This document shows, in pieces, positions 17,622 to 27,118 of a stretch of DNA of 41,656 nucleotides (position 1 is the stretch's first letter; the number at the start of each line of letters is the position of its first letter). Origin of the DNA: Candidatus Altiarchaeota archaeon (GTDB lineage Archaea > Altiarchaeota > Altiarchaeia > IMC4 > SCGC-AAA252-I15); assembly GCA_043800255.1 (NCBI GenBank), contig JAZDNF010000007.1:1-41656 (forward strand), read 5' to 3'. The translations under genes and the position numbers were made by a program. The notes beneath the pieces were generated by a model. The model was not told the DNA's origin. It did not search any database and saw only the letters and a program-made list of their open reading frames with translations.

Positions 17622-18584
17622 TTAACGCTTTAGATTTTTTACATCCACCACCCCACTTCGTAGTAATGCCACTAATTCTGGATTTTCCTTTTCTGATGTT
17701 CTGACAAACGCACTCATCAATCTTTGTTTTTCAAAAATTAATGACCTAGTAGAGTCGTATTCTTGCCATATACTCCATAATATCCCCCATTCTTTTTTAT
17801 TGGGCGTTACAACCTTTAACCCAATTTGTTTTGCATCATCCATTAGAATACAATGGCCGTGATGTGGAAACCCTGTTGTCAATATATCCGCAACTTCCTT
17901 TATCTTTTCTTCTTTTTCATCCCTCAACATTCTACTCTGTAATATTTTTTTGATGTATACCGGGCTAACCGTTAATGCCCGCATAAAATCCCCTAACTCG
18001 TATAATTTTATTTTTTCAACAAGTTTATCTGCTAGCTCTTTTTTTCCATCTTTGTATAACTGGTCTATGTAATCAGTAACCTGTTTTATACACAGTGGTG
18101 AAAATTGTTCTTCACTCTCCTCGTTTTCATCTATTTTTGTTATTTGAGGATCAAGAGGGCCAATTTCAGAAGTGACATTCATTATTATTTCATCACCGCC
18201 ACAAACCAACAATGTTGCGGCACTTTTTGCCCATCTAGGTACGATAAACCGTAATCCCTTTTTACTCATCTTTCTAAGTAACATGACTAGATGGTATGTA
18301 GAATCTATATCCCCTCCACCCGAATCAACAATTACATCTAATCTATCTACTGGCGATGAAATTAGATTTTCATATTTACTGTAGATTTTTGACACCAATG
18401 GTTTTGATATTGCATCAGATGAGAAGAATAGAATAACTTTAGATTTCCTAATTTTTTCGAGTTTAGTTACTTTTTGGTCTAGTAGCCTATTCTTTTTTTC
18501 TATTTCTCTATCAATTTCTTCCATCCGTTTTACAAGAAAATCCTTAAAGTTTTTTTGTTTATGTTGATTTCTCTCGATTGACAT
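17622..18584 (-). CDS. SDH_sah-type Clp-fold serine protease
   Basis: Motifs DSGGGD, VPRWAKSAATLL (Ser), GPLDPQ (Asp) and PHHGH (His). Confidence 0.85.
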   Translation of the reverse strand: MSIERNQHKQKNFKDFLVKRMEEIDREIEKKNRLLDQKVTKLEKIRKSKVILFFSSDAISKPLVSKIYSKYENLISSPVDRLDVIVDSGGGDIDSTYHLVMLLRKMSKKGLRFIVPRWAKSAATLLVCGGDEIIMNVTSEIGPLDPQITKIDENEESEEQFSPLCIKQVTDYIDQLYKDGKKELADKLVEKIKLYELGDFMRALTVSPVYIKKILQSRMLRDEKEEKIKEVADILTTGFPHHGHCILMDDAKQIGLKVVTPNKKEWGILWSIWQEYDSTRSLIFEKQRLMSAFVRTSEKENPELVALLRSGVVDVKNLKR

Positions 18585-18749
18585 ATAACTACCCTATCGG
18601 CCTTTCTAATAATTAGGACTATACTGGATATAACCCCGATTTTTCAAAGAAAATGGTATATTTTGACTTTTTGTGTAGATTCCCGACTTTTTGTGCAAAG
18701 AGCACTTTTTGGGCAACGCCGTTGGAACCGTTAGCTTTTTATACTCGTT

Positions 18750-18809
18750 TGTTGTATATTTCTAACATTATGTTATTAATGTATAACAAAATGTTGTGTT
18801 CGGATAACA
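18750..18809. promoter_or_regulatory. three tandem palindromic boxes TGTT-N10-AACA with 21-bp period
   Basis: Boxes at 18750-18767, 18771-18788 and 18792-18809, lying between TTTTTATA (18736-18743) and the RBS GGAGGT of 18823. Confidence 0.7.
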
Positions 18810-18822
18810 CGGAGGTAACAGG

Positions 18823-19227
18823 ATGAACGCAAAACTGAAGATTACGGTAATAGCCATCCTAGTATTGGGAGTCACAATCTCGATGGGATTGTACGTGAAG
18901 AACGCGTGGCCGCTCAACACTGCTGAGCTGTTGAGCATGGCGGTAGCGTGGGCTATAGTGATTATCGGCCTGGCGGCAGTGTTAAACATGTGGCAGAGCA
19001 TGAAAACCGGCCAACCCCTCAAAGACGAGATGACAGTGAAACTCGCCCACAAGGCAGGATACTACACGTGGATGATAACAATCTACCTCGCCTTGGCAGT
19101 AGGGTGGGTGATAGACGACATACCTGGGATGATGCCCAGACACGGGGCAACCGCGGTGCTGCTCCTGTCAGCTATGACCTACTTCATAGTATTGGCTGTG
19201 CTGAAACTTAGGGGGCACGTAGAATGA
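18823..19227 (+). CDS. DUF2178-like membrane protein
   Basis: Four TM helices; [16 protein letters not shown]. Confidence 0.7.
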   Translation: MNAKLKITVIAILVLGVTISMGLYVKNAWPLNTAELLSMAVAWAIVIIGLAAVLNMWQSMKTGQPLKDEMTVKLAHKAGYYTWMITIYLALAVGWVIDDIPGMMPRHGATAVLLLSAMTYFIVLAVLKLRGHVE

Positions 19228-19604
19228 ACGAAAGACAATTCAGGAAATACCGGATAGCGATAACAGCAGTCCTGGCCGCAGTCGTCAGCGCCGGCATACT
19301 ACAAGGCAGCCTGCTGCTGCCGGCAACCGCCATCATCACAGCCGCCGTATTGATGCTGATACTGAAAAGGCAGGTCACGGACGTGCTGGTGGACGAGAGA
19401 ATCGAAAAGATAGCTGGAATAGCGGCAAAGAAAACCCTCAACATAGGAGCCGTGACGATGGCAGCCATAAGCCTGGTGTTGATCGCCTACAAGGACACGC
19501 TGCCAGAATACGCCCAAGCAGGCTACACCCTATCCTATGCAACATGCGGGCTGCTGCTCCTATACAGCGCCTTCTACATGCGCCTCCACAGGAAACCAGA
19601 ATGA
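19224..19604 (+). CDS. DUF2178-like membrane protein
   Basis: Four TM helices; [16 protein letters not shown]. Confidence 0.75.
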   Translation: MNERQFRKYRIAITAVLAAVVSAGILQGSLLLPATAIITAAVLMLILKRQVTDVLVDERIEKIAGIAAKKTLNIGAVTMAAISLVLIAYKDTLPEYAQAGYTLSYATCGLLLLYSAFYMRLHRKPE

Positions 19605-19795
19605 AGACCAGGATAAAGGAGCTCAGGGCAAGATACGACCTCACCCAGGAGGAGCTGGCCAAAAAAGTGGGAGTCAGGAGGGAGACGATAGTGTTCCTCG
19701 AGAAGGGCAAATACAACCCCTCCCTGAAGCTGGCATATGACATCGCGAAGGCATTGGACGCCAAAATAGAAGAGCTTTTCCTGTTCGAAGGCTGA
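19601..19795 (+). CDS. XRE-family HTH regulator
   Basis: [45 protein letters not shown]; ATGA overlap with the upstream gene. Confidence 0.93.
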   Translation: MKTRIKELRARYDLTQEELAKKVGVRRETIVFLEKGKYNPSLKLAYDIAKALDAKIEELFLFEG

Positions 19796-19891
19796 AATAA
19801 AAGTATTTAAACCCATAATGCGTACATATTATTCTATTGAACATAGATTAGACCGATCCTGTTCTATAGTCTAAAGAATCGGGTAATAGTA

Positions 19892-20212
19892 TTGTCATAC
19901 GCGAAAAGATACGGGAAAGATTATAGGAGTAAGAGGAACTGGAACAAAAGAGCGCAAGAAGGCGAGCGAAAACAGCTTCTGGACATGCGAAGGGCGAAAT
20001 ACTTCGGATTCGACCTCAACGACATGCTTGATGAATTCAACATAGGCGATAACAAGAACACGATACTAGCCACGTTAACGACAAAGATGACCTCGCACTC
20101 GCTCGATGACGCGCTCGAATACGCCGGACGTGTCAGAAAAGACGGAACAATCAGCGAAGAACAGGAAACCCGGCTGAAAATACTACTCAAGAGATACTCC
20201 AAATGGAGATAA
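19892..20212 (+). CDS. basic hypothetical protein
   Basis: 106 aa, TTG start, host-like codons, co-oriented with the Zn-finger and helicase genes. Confidence 0.65.
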   Translation: MSYAKRYGKDYRSKRNWNKRAQEGERKQLLDMRRAKYFGFDLNDMLDEFNIGDNKNTILATLTTKMTSHSLDDALEYAGRVRKDGTISEEQETRLKILLKRYSKWR

Positions 20213-20232
20213 CGTAACGGAGGTGAACTAAT

Positions 20233-20394
20233 ATGGCAGATTTTGGAAGAGGATTCGACAAGCGGCCCCGTGAGATGCACGACGCAGTCTGCAGCGAATG
20301 CGGAACGGAATGTCAGGTCCCATTCAAGCCGACGGAAGGAAAGCCAGTCTACTGCAAGGAATGCTACAGCAAGAAACGACCAAGACGCTTCTAA
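20233..20394 (+). CDS. CxxC-x17-CxxC zinc-binding protein, 53 aa, not in ORF track
   Basis: MADFGRGFDKRPREMHDAVCSECGTECQVPFKPTEGKPVYCKECYSKKRPRRF; strong RBS GGAGGTGA. Confidence 0.93.
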   Translation: MADFGRGFDKRPREMHDAVCSECGTECQVPFKPTEGKPVYCKECYSKKRPRRF

Positions 20395-20457
20395 TTGTGC
20401 ATAGACTAGCGGACAACATATTTTTTATTTTTTTTTATTCTTTATTTTATAAAAACG

Positions 20458-21570
20458 GTGAAAGACTTCAGCACGCTTAACATCAGCCCCGAAGTCCTCC
20501 AGAACATACAGTTCCTGGGGTTCTCGGACATGACGCTGATACAGGAGATGGTGGTGCCGACGGCACTGAACGGAGAGGACATAATAGGCCAGGCGAAGAC
20601 CGGCACAGGGAAGACGCTGGCGTTCGCCATACCAGTCATAGAGAGGATACCCTACGACAGCAGGCACACGCAGGCGCTGATACTGACGCCGACAAGGGAG
20701 CTCGCCCTCCAAGTCGGGCTGGAGTTCGAGAAGCTGGCAGGCTCGAACGTGCGCATCGCCTTCGCCTACGGCGGAGCCTCGATAAACCAGCAGATAGAGC
20801 AGCTGAACAAGGGAGTCCACGTCGTGGTAGGCACGCCAGGCCGCGTGATAGACCACATCAAAAGGAGAACGCTGAACCTGGACCACGTGCAGACTGTCGT
20901 ATTGGACGAGGCGGACAGGATGCTCGACATGGGATTCATAAAAGACGTCGAATGGATACTCAACAAGACCCCTAAAAAAAGGCAGACGATGCTGTTCTCG
21001 GCGACCATACCAAACGAGATCAGAAGGCTCGGGGAGAAGCACATGCACCACCCCCAGTACATAACAGCCACACAGGACAGCGACGAGCTCACAGTCGACG
21101 ACATACAACAGTACTACGTGGAAGTGGACCAGAAAGCGAAGATGGACGCGTTCTTCCACGTGCTGAAATCAGAACACCCCTCAAAGGCGCTCATATTCTG
21201 CATGACCAAGAGATGGGTCGAGAAGCTCTACGAGATAATGAAGAGGAAGAGGCTGTCAGTGGAACGATTGCACGGGGACCTGACGCAGGCAGGGAGAGAG
21301 AAAGCCGTCGAAAGGCTGAAGACCGGGAAAATAACCTACCTAGTCTGCACCGACGTCGCGGCCAGAGGCCTTGACATAAACGACATAAGCCACGTCTTCA
21401 ACTACGACATACCCCGGGAGCCGCTCACATACGTCCACAGGATCGGGAGGACAGCCCGCATCGGCAAAAAGGGAATCGCGATAACATTTGTCAACCCCGG
21501 CGAGATAAGAAGCCTCTGGCTGATAGAGCACGAAGCCAGAACAAAGATAGAACAGAAGCAGCTGAAGTAG
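20458..21570 (+). CDS. DEAD-box RNA helicase
   Basis: Motifs AKTGTGKT, PTRELA, TPGR, DEAD, SAT and HRIGRTAR. Confidence 0.96.
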   Translation: MKDFSTLNISPEVLQNIQFLGFSDMTLIQEMVVPTALNGEDIIGQAKTGTGKTLAFAIPVIERIPYDSRHTQALILTPTRELALQVGLEFEKLAGSNVRIAFAYGGASINQQIEQLNKGVHVVVGTPGRVIDHIKRRTLNLDHVQTVVLDEADRMLDMGFIKDVEWILNKTPKKRQTMLFSATIPNEIRRLGEKHMHHPQYITATQDSDELTVDDIQQYYVEVDQKAKMDAFFHVLKSEHPSKALIFCMTKRWVEKLYEIMKRKRLSVERLHGDLTQAGREKAVERLKTGKITYLVCTDVAARGLDINDISHVFNYDIPREPLTYVHRIGRTARIGKKGIAITFVNPGEIRSLWLIEHEARTKIEQKQLK

Positions 21571-21615
21571 GCAGGCTTATATATTGCAGGGTTCAGATAG
21601 GTAAGGGGTGAGACT

Positions 21616-22614
21616 ATGAAAATCATAAGTCCGGTTCTTTTGATTGCATTGCTGCTTGTGCTCGCGCCCGCCTCGCACGCTGAGGACAGCCCTCAGATGA
21701 GGTTCGGAGGGCAGGTTGTCATAGACGAGGACGTCACAGGAGACCTTATAGTGTTCGGCGGCCAGATAACAGTGAACGGCGACGTCGACGGGAACCTTAT
21801 GGTCTTCGGCGGCCAGGTTACCGTGAACGGAGAGGTCACAGGAGACCTGCTCGCTGCAGGCGGTGACGTCACAGTCAGCGGAGACGTTGACGGAAACCTG
21901 CAGGCATACGGCGGAAACGTTCAGGTGAACGGCGTCGTCGAGGGAGACGCTGACCTGGGCGGGGGAAACATCATACTAGGCTCTGACGCAGAAATACAGG
22001 GAAGCCTCACCTACGGCGGACCTCAGACGCCTAACCTCTTCGAAGGCAAGGTGGCAGGCCAGATAAAACAGTCCAGTAGCAAGGTGAAAGAGCCAAGCTT
22101 CGTGGAAGAGAGTCTGGGGCCCTTGCGGCTCATATTCGGCATATTCGGATTCGTTGGCGGGATAGTGTACGCGCTCGTCCTGGGCGCACTCATACTGTAC
22201 CTGTTCCCGAAGTTCGCCACACAGGCCACCGAAGTCGTGAAGGCCTCGCCGATAAAGTCAGGTTTAATCGGGCTGCTGATGCTGGCAGCCGTTCCAGTCC
22301 TTGTCGTCCTGTCAGTGCTGACGCTCGTAGGCTGGAAGATCTCCGTGATACTGGTGTCGTCTATGGCGGTTATGTTGCTGATCTCGACATTCCCTGTCAA
22401 GCTCGTTGTCGGAGAATTCCTCTACAATAAGGCGTTCAACAGGAAGAGCAGGAGGATAGTATACTACGCGTTCGGAGTCATCGCATACGCTCTCATCTAC
22501 CTCATACCGCTGGTGGGGTGGCTGACGAAGCTGTTGACCGTGCTGATAGGGTACGGCGGACTCTGGATTCTGCTTATGAGGGCTAGCAGGCTGGGCGGGA
22601 AGATAAAAGTCTGA
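21616..22614 (+). CDS. signal peptide + bactofilin-like beta-helix repeats + multi-TM domain
   Basis: 17-aa repeats of the type GDLIVFGGQITVNGDVD, followed by about six hydrophobic helices. Confidence 0.8.
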   Translation: MKIISPVLLIALLLVLAPASHAEDSPQMRFGGQVVIDEDVTGDLIVFGGQITVNGDVDGNLMVFGGQVTVNGEVTGDLLAAGGDVTVSGDVDGNLQAYGGNVQVNGVVEGDADLGGGNIILGSDAEIQGSLTYGGPQTPNLFEGKVAGQIKQSSSKVKEPSFVEESLGPLRLIFGIFGFVGGIVYALVLGALILYLFPKFATQATEVVKASPIKSGLIGLLMLAAVPVLVVLSVLTLVGWKISVILVSSMAVMLLISTFPVKLVVGEFLYNKAFNRKSRRIVYYAFGVIAYALIYLIPLVGWLTKLLTVLIGYGGLWILLMRASRLGGKIKV

Positions 22615-22616
22615 CC

Positions 22617-22688
22617 TTATTTGCTTCTCAGCCTGTGTCTCCTCTTTCTTCTCGCGTCTCTGTAGCTTGTCTTCCTGGATTTTGGCAT
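22617..22688 (-). CDS. 23-aa Arg-rich peptide, eL41-like ribosomal protein candidate
   Basis: MPKSRKTSYRDARRKRRHRLRSK; TTTAAT lies about 25 nt upstream on the minus strand. Confidence 0.55.
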   Translation of the reverse strand: MPKSRKTSYRDARRKRRHRLRSK

Positions 22689-22836
22689 ACTCTAGTAATG
22701 GGTTGCGCTGGTATTAAATCATTTTATGACAGATTAAGCTTATATTATAAATAATATAGCTAAAATTGGTTTAATAAGTAAACCAAATCTACATAAAGTA
22801 TTTATATACTAAACTACTTATATATACTGCAATCCG

Positions 22837-23892
22837 ATGGAAAACTACACGAAAGAGATGAGCGGGTGCGGGCTCGTAGGGATTATGAGCCAGAAGAAGA
22901 AGCCGATAGCAGGAGAGAAGATAATGAAAGCCATAAGCCTCATGTCCTTCAGGTCCAACGGCCTCGGCGCAGGATACGCAGCCTACGGCATCTACCCTGA
23001 ATACGAGGACAAGCACGCATTCCACATGATGTTCGACGACAGGGACAGCAAGACCAGAGCAGAGCAACACCTCAAGAGAGAATACGAGATAGTGAACGAC
23101 GAGGAGATACCAACCAAAGAGACCGACAAGATAGAAAACGCCCCGATACTCTGGAGGTATTTTCTGACTCCGAAAGGCAGGGTAAAGGACGAGAAAGAAT
23201 ACGTCAAGGAGACGGTGATGGAAGTCAACGGGAGAATAAAGGGCGCGTTCATCGCATCCTCCGGGAAGAACATGGGCGTCTTCAAGGGCGTAGGCTACCC
23301 CGATGACATAGGAGAATACTACAGGATAAGCGAGTACAAGGCTCACACGTGGACAGCCCACGCCAGATTCCCGACCAACACTTCAGGATGGTGGGGCGGC
23401 GCCCACCCCTTCAACATGCTGGACTGGACTGTAGTCCACAACGGGGAGATTTCCTCATACGGGACCAACAGGAGGTACGTCGAAGGCTACGGCTACAGTT
23501 GCACGCTCAGCACAGACACGGAGGTGCTCGCGTACCTTATAGACCTGCTGTCGAGAAAGCATAGGCTCCCGCTTGATGTGGTGGCGAAGGCGTTGGCGCC
23601 CCCGTTCTGGGCGCAGATAGAGCGGATGCCCGAACCGGAGAGGAGACTGAACCAGATGCTGAGGCTGACCTACCCAGGTGCCCTCATCAACGGCCCCTTC
23701 AGCATCATAGTAGGGCACGAGAACGGCATGATGGGATTGAACGACAGGATAAAGTTGAGGCCGCTGGTGGCAGGCAGGAAGAACGACAGGGTCTACATCT
23801 CAAGCGAGGAGTCTGCCATAATGGAGGTGGAGCCGAAGGCGGAAGTATGGTACCCAAAGGCGGGGGAGCCGGTGATATTCGAGCACAGATAA
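22837..23892 (+). CDS. glutamate synthase domain 1 (class II glutamine amidotransferase)
   Basis: SGCGLVGIM, RSNGLGAG, AHARFPTN, GAHPF, VHNGEI and TDTE. Confidence 0.92.
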   Translation: MENYTKEMSGCGLVGIMSQKKKPIAGEKIMKAISLMSFRSNGLGAGYAAYGIYPEYEDKHAFHMMFDDRDSKTRAEQHLKREYEIVNDEEIPTKETDKIENAPILWRYFLTPKGRVKDEKEYVKETVMEVNGRIKGAFIASSGKNMGVFKGVGYPDDIGEYYRISEYKAHTWTAHARFPTNTSGWWGGAHPFNMLDWTVVHNGEISSYGTNRRYVEGYGYSCTLSTDTEVLAYLIDLLSRKHRLPLDVVAKALAPPFWAQIERMPEPERRLNQMLRLTYPGALINGPFSIIVGHENGMMGLNDRIKLRPLVAGRKNDRVYISSEESAIMEVEPKAEVWYPKAGEPVIFEHR

Positions 23893-23893
23893 G

Positions 23894-25402
23894 ATGGCAT
23901 TGAAGATGGAGCAGTCGGAGTTCAACGTAGAACGGGACGACAAGAAGTGCATAGCATGCCAGGTCTGCGTCAGACAGTGCGCCAACGACGTCCACAAGTA
24001 CGACAAGGAAAGGGACAGGGTAAGCTCCGACAACGCGGCGTGCGTGGGATGCCACAGGTGCGAGGAACTGTGCCCCACCAACGCGATAAAGATCGTTAGA
24101 AACCAGTCGCAGACCAAGGAGAACGCCAACTTCACGTACGGCATAATACGAGGCATACAGAAGCAGGCAGAGCAGGGCGGAGTCCTGCTTACCGGGATGG
24201 GATGCGACAAAACCTACAGGATATACTGGGATCACATGCTGCTGAACGCGTCCCAGGTGACGAACCCCAGCATAGACCCTCTGAGAGAGCCGATGGAATT
24301 GCGGACCTACATCGGAGAGAAGCCTGAGAAGCTGGAGCTGGCGAACGGAAAATTGAAGACGAGAATCGGGCCGCAGGTGAAGCTGGAGACGCCGATAATG
24401 TTCTCTGCGATGAGCTTCGGCAGCATAAGCTACAACGCCCACGCATCCTTGGCGAGGGCTGCTGAGGAGTTGGGGACGCTGTACAACACCGGGGAAGGCG
24501 GACTCCACAGGACCCTGTACAAGTACGCCGATAACACGATAGTGCAGGTAGCCTCAGGAAGGTTCGGCGTAACGCCGGAATACCTTGAAACATCGGCAGC
24601 TGTTGAGATAAAGATAGGCCAGGGAGCGAAGCCTGGCATAGGCGGCCACCTCCCAGGAGAGAAGGTGTCAAAGGAAATATCCGAGACCAGGATGATACCT
24701 GAGGGGACCGACGCACTGAGCCCTGCGCCGCACCATGACATATACAGCATAGAAGATTTGAAACAGCTCATCTTCGCGCTGAAGGAGGCAGTAAGATATG
24801 AGAAGCCTGTCGGAGTCAAGATTGCGGCAGTCCACAACGTCGCAGCCATAGCGTCAGGCATAGTGAGGGCAGGTGCAGACTATGTCGCAATAGACGGCCT
24901 CAGAGGAGGCACCGGAGCTGCTCCCACGGTCATAAGGGACAACGTCGGCATACCAATAGAGCTTGCCACGGCGGCTGTGGACGACCGGCTCAGGCAGGAG
25001 AGGATACGGCATAAGGCCTCTCTCATCGTAGCAGGCGGCATACGCAATAGCGCGGACATCATAAAGGCGGTAGCGTTGGGAGCGGACGCAGTCTACATCG
25101 GAACGTCAGCGTTGATTGCGATGGGATGCCACGTGTGCCAGAAATGCTACACGGGAAAATGCAACTGGGGAATCGCGACCCAGGACCCGTACCTGACCAA
25201 GAGGCTGAACCCTGACATAGGCCAGAGACGGCTGGTCAACCTCATACACGCCTGGTCTCTGGAGCTCAAGGAGATGATAGGCGGGATGGGGATAAACAGC
25301 ATAGAATCGTTGAGAGGCAACAGAGACCACCTCAGAGGAGTCGGCCTCAGCGACAGGGAGCTCTCAATACTGGGCATAAAGCATGCGGGGGAGGGATGGT
25401 AG
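23894..25402 (+). CDS. glutamate synthase FMN-binding domain 2 with N-terminal 2[4Fe-4S] ferredoxin
   Basis: Two CxxCxxCxxxC motifs, MSFGSIS, NTGEGG, QVASGRFGV, KIGQGAKPGIGGHLPG and CHVCQKCYTGKC. Confidence 0.95.
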   Translation: MALKMEQSEFNVERDDKKCIACQVCVRQCANDVHKYDKERDRVSSDNAACVGCHRCEELCPTNAIKIVRNQSQTKENANFTYGIIRGIQKQAEQGGVLLTGMGCDKTYRIYWDHMLLNASQVTNPSIDPLREPMELRTYIGEKPEKLELANGKLKTRIGPQVKLETPIMFSAMSFGSISYNAHASLARAAEELGTLYNTGEGGLHRTLYKYADNTIVQVASGRFGVTPEYLETSAAVEIKIGQGAKPGIGGHLPGEKVSKEISETRMIPEGTDALSPAPHHDIYSIEDLKQLIFALKEAVRYEKPVGVKIAAVHNVAAIASGIVRAGADYVAIDGLRGGTGAAPTVIRDNVGIPIELATAAVDDRLRQERIRHKASLIVAGGIRNSADIIKAVALGADAVYIGTSALIAMGCHVCQKCYTGKCNWGIATQDPYLTKRLNPDIGQRRLVNLIHAWSLELKEMIGGMGINSIESLRGNRDHLRGVGLSDRELSILGIKHAGEGW

Positions 25403-25403
25403 G

Positions 25404-25847
25404 ATGAAAAGGATATACGCTAGGGAGGAGTACTGTATCGGCTGCAGGCTCTGCGAAGTCTACTGCGTCACGCAGCACTCAAAGTCCAAGAACATAATAA
25501 AAGCCTACCGGGATGAGCCTGAGGCAGTCCCGAGGCTGTTCGTGGAAGAGTCAGGCCACGTGTCCTTCGCAGTCCAGTGCCGCCATTGCGACGACGCGCC
25601 CTGCATAGACGCTTGCATCACGGGAGCCATGCACCTGGATCCCAAGACCAACGCAGTATTGTGCGACGAGGAGAAATGCGTCGGATGCTGGATGTGCATC
25701 ATGGTCTGCCCGTTCGGAGTCATCAGGAGGAACGTGACAGACAGGAAGATAGCGTCCAAATGCGACCTCTGCATCGGGGAGGGTGAGCCGGCGTGCGTCT
25801 TGAACTGTCCGAACGAGGCTCTGGTTTATGAGGAGAGGAAAGAATGA
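25404..25847 (+). CDS. 4Fe-4S dicluster (DmsB/CooF-like) protein
   Basis: CIGCRLCEVYC, CRHCDDAPC, CVGCWMCIMVCP and KCDLC...ACVLNCP. Start placed at MKRIY. Confidence 0.9.
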   Translation: MKRIYAREEYCIGCRLCEVYCVTQHSKSKNIIKAYRDEPEAVPRLFVEESGHVSFAVQCRHCDDAPCIDACITGAMHLDPKTNAVLCDEEKCVGCWMCIMVCPFGVIRRNVTDRKIASKCDLCIGEGEPACVLNCPNEALVYEERKE

Positions 25848-27118
25848 AATACCTGATAATAGGAAACTCGACCGCCGGATTAGCTGCTGTTGAGGCTATA
25901 AGGGAGAGCGACAGAAAGGGCACCATAACAGTGGTATCCGACGAGCGGCATCAACCCTATTCTAGGCCGCTGATAACCTACTGGCTGGCAGGCAAGGCAG
26001 ACGACAGGAAGATGCATTATAAGGGTAAAGATTATATGAAAAAGAAGAGGGTGAATCTGGTGCTCGGGAAGAGGGCAGTCAGATTGGACACCAGACAGAA
26101 GACCGTGACCCTTGACGACGGAAAGATGCTGGAGTACGACCGGCTGCTGATTGCGACAGGAGGGACTCCCATAAACCCGCAGCTGAAGGGCTCAAACCTC
26201 AAAGGAGTGTATAATCTCACTACATGGGATGACGCGAAAAAGGTCGGAGAATACGTCAGGGAGAACTTGGTAAAGCATGCCACAGTCATAGGCGGCGGCC
26301 TCATAGGGTTGAAGGCGACGGAGGCGCTCGCAGAGCTCGGGCTTAAGGTCACAGTGCTGGAGCTGTCTGATAGGATACTCGCGTCAACGTTGGACAGGAA
26401 GGCGTCGGAGATGATGATAGACTACTTAAGGAAGAAGGGCATCGACGTCATGACAGGGAACACTGCAGAGGAGATACTGGGCGGAGAGATGGTTGAAGGA
26501 GTCAAGCTGAAGGACGGCAGGACGATAAAGACGCAGATGGTCATAGTCGCCATAGGCGTCAGGCCTAACACAAGCCTTGCCGGAGGCACTCCAATAAAAG
26601 TCAACAGAGGCATACTGGTTGACGGCAACATGCAGACCAATGTGAAGGGAGTGTACGCCGCAGGAGACGCAGCAGAGGCAATGGACACTCTTATGGAGGC
26701 GCCGAGGACGATAGCAATATGGCCTCTCGCAGTAAGGCAGGGCAGGGTCGCAGGCCAGAACATGGCAGGCCGCAAGACAGAATATGGCGGCGGGTTCCCC
26801 ATGAACTCCGTAGAAATCTGCGGCATGCCGACCATATCAGCCGGTATAACGGATCCCAAGGAAAAAGGGTATGAGCTACTGGAGCAACAGAAGGCTGGTG
26901 AGGGCTCCTACAGGAAGGTGGTGCTGAAGGACGGCAGATTGGTCGGAATGATACTCCTGGGCGACGTCGAAAGGGCCGGCATATTCACAGGCCTAATAGA
27001 AGGGAAGGTTGACGTGAGCGCTGTAAAAGAGCATCTGCTGCACGACGACTTCGGGCTCATAATGCTGCCCAAAGGCTACAAGAAGCACCTCGTCACAGGG
27101 CCGGGGATGGAAGTATGA
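25844..27118 (+). CDS. FAD/NAD(P)-dependent oxidoreductase (NirB-N-like)
   Basis: Motifs IIGNSTAG, LLIATGG, GGGLIG and VYAAGD. Confidence 0.9.
   Translation: MKYLIIGNSTAGLAAVEAIRESDRKGTITVVSDERHQPYSRPLITYWLAGKADDRKMHYKGKDYMKKKRVNLVLGKRAVRLDTRQKTVTLDDGKMLEYDRLLIATGGTPINPQLKGSNLKGVYNLTTWDDAKKVGEYVRENLVKHATVIGGGLIGLKATEALAELGLKVTVLELSDRILASTLDRKASEMMIDYLRKKGIDVMTGNTAEEILGGEMVEGVKLKDGRTIKTQMVIVAIGVRPNTSLAGGTPIKVNRGILVDGNMQTNVKGVYAAGDAAEAMDTLMEAPRTIAIWPLAVRQGRVAGQNMAGRKTEYGGGFPMNSVEICGMPTISAGITDPKEKGYELLEQQKAGEGSYRKVVLKDGRLVGMILLGDVERAGIFTGLIEGKVDVSAVKEHLLHDDFGLIMLPKGYKKHLVTGPGMEV

Noticed and set aside
18733-18746. 14-bp identity agctttttatactc with 37450-37463 as possible att sites
   Set aside because: Both copies sit at TATA-box positions upstream of genes, and the intervening DNA holds core genes, so a shared promoter motif is more likely.
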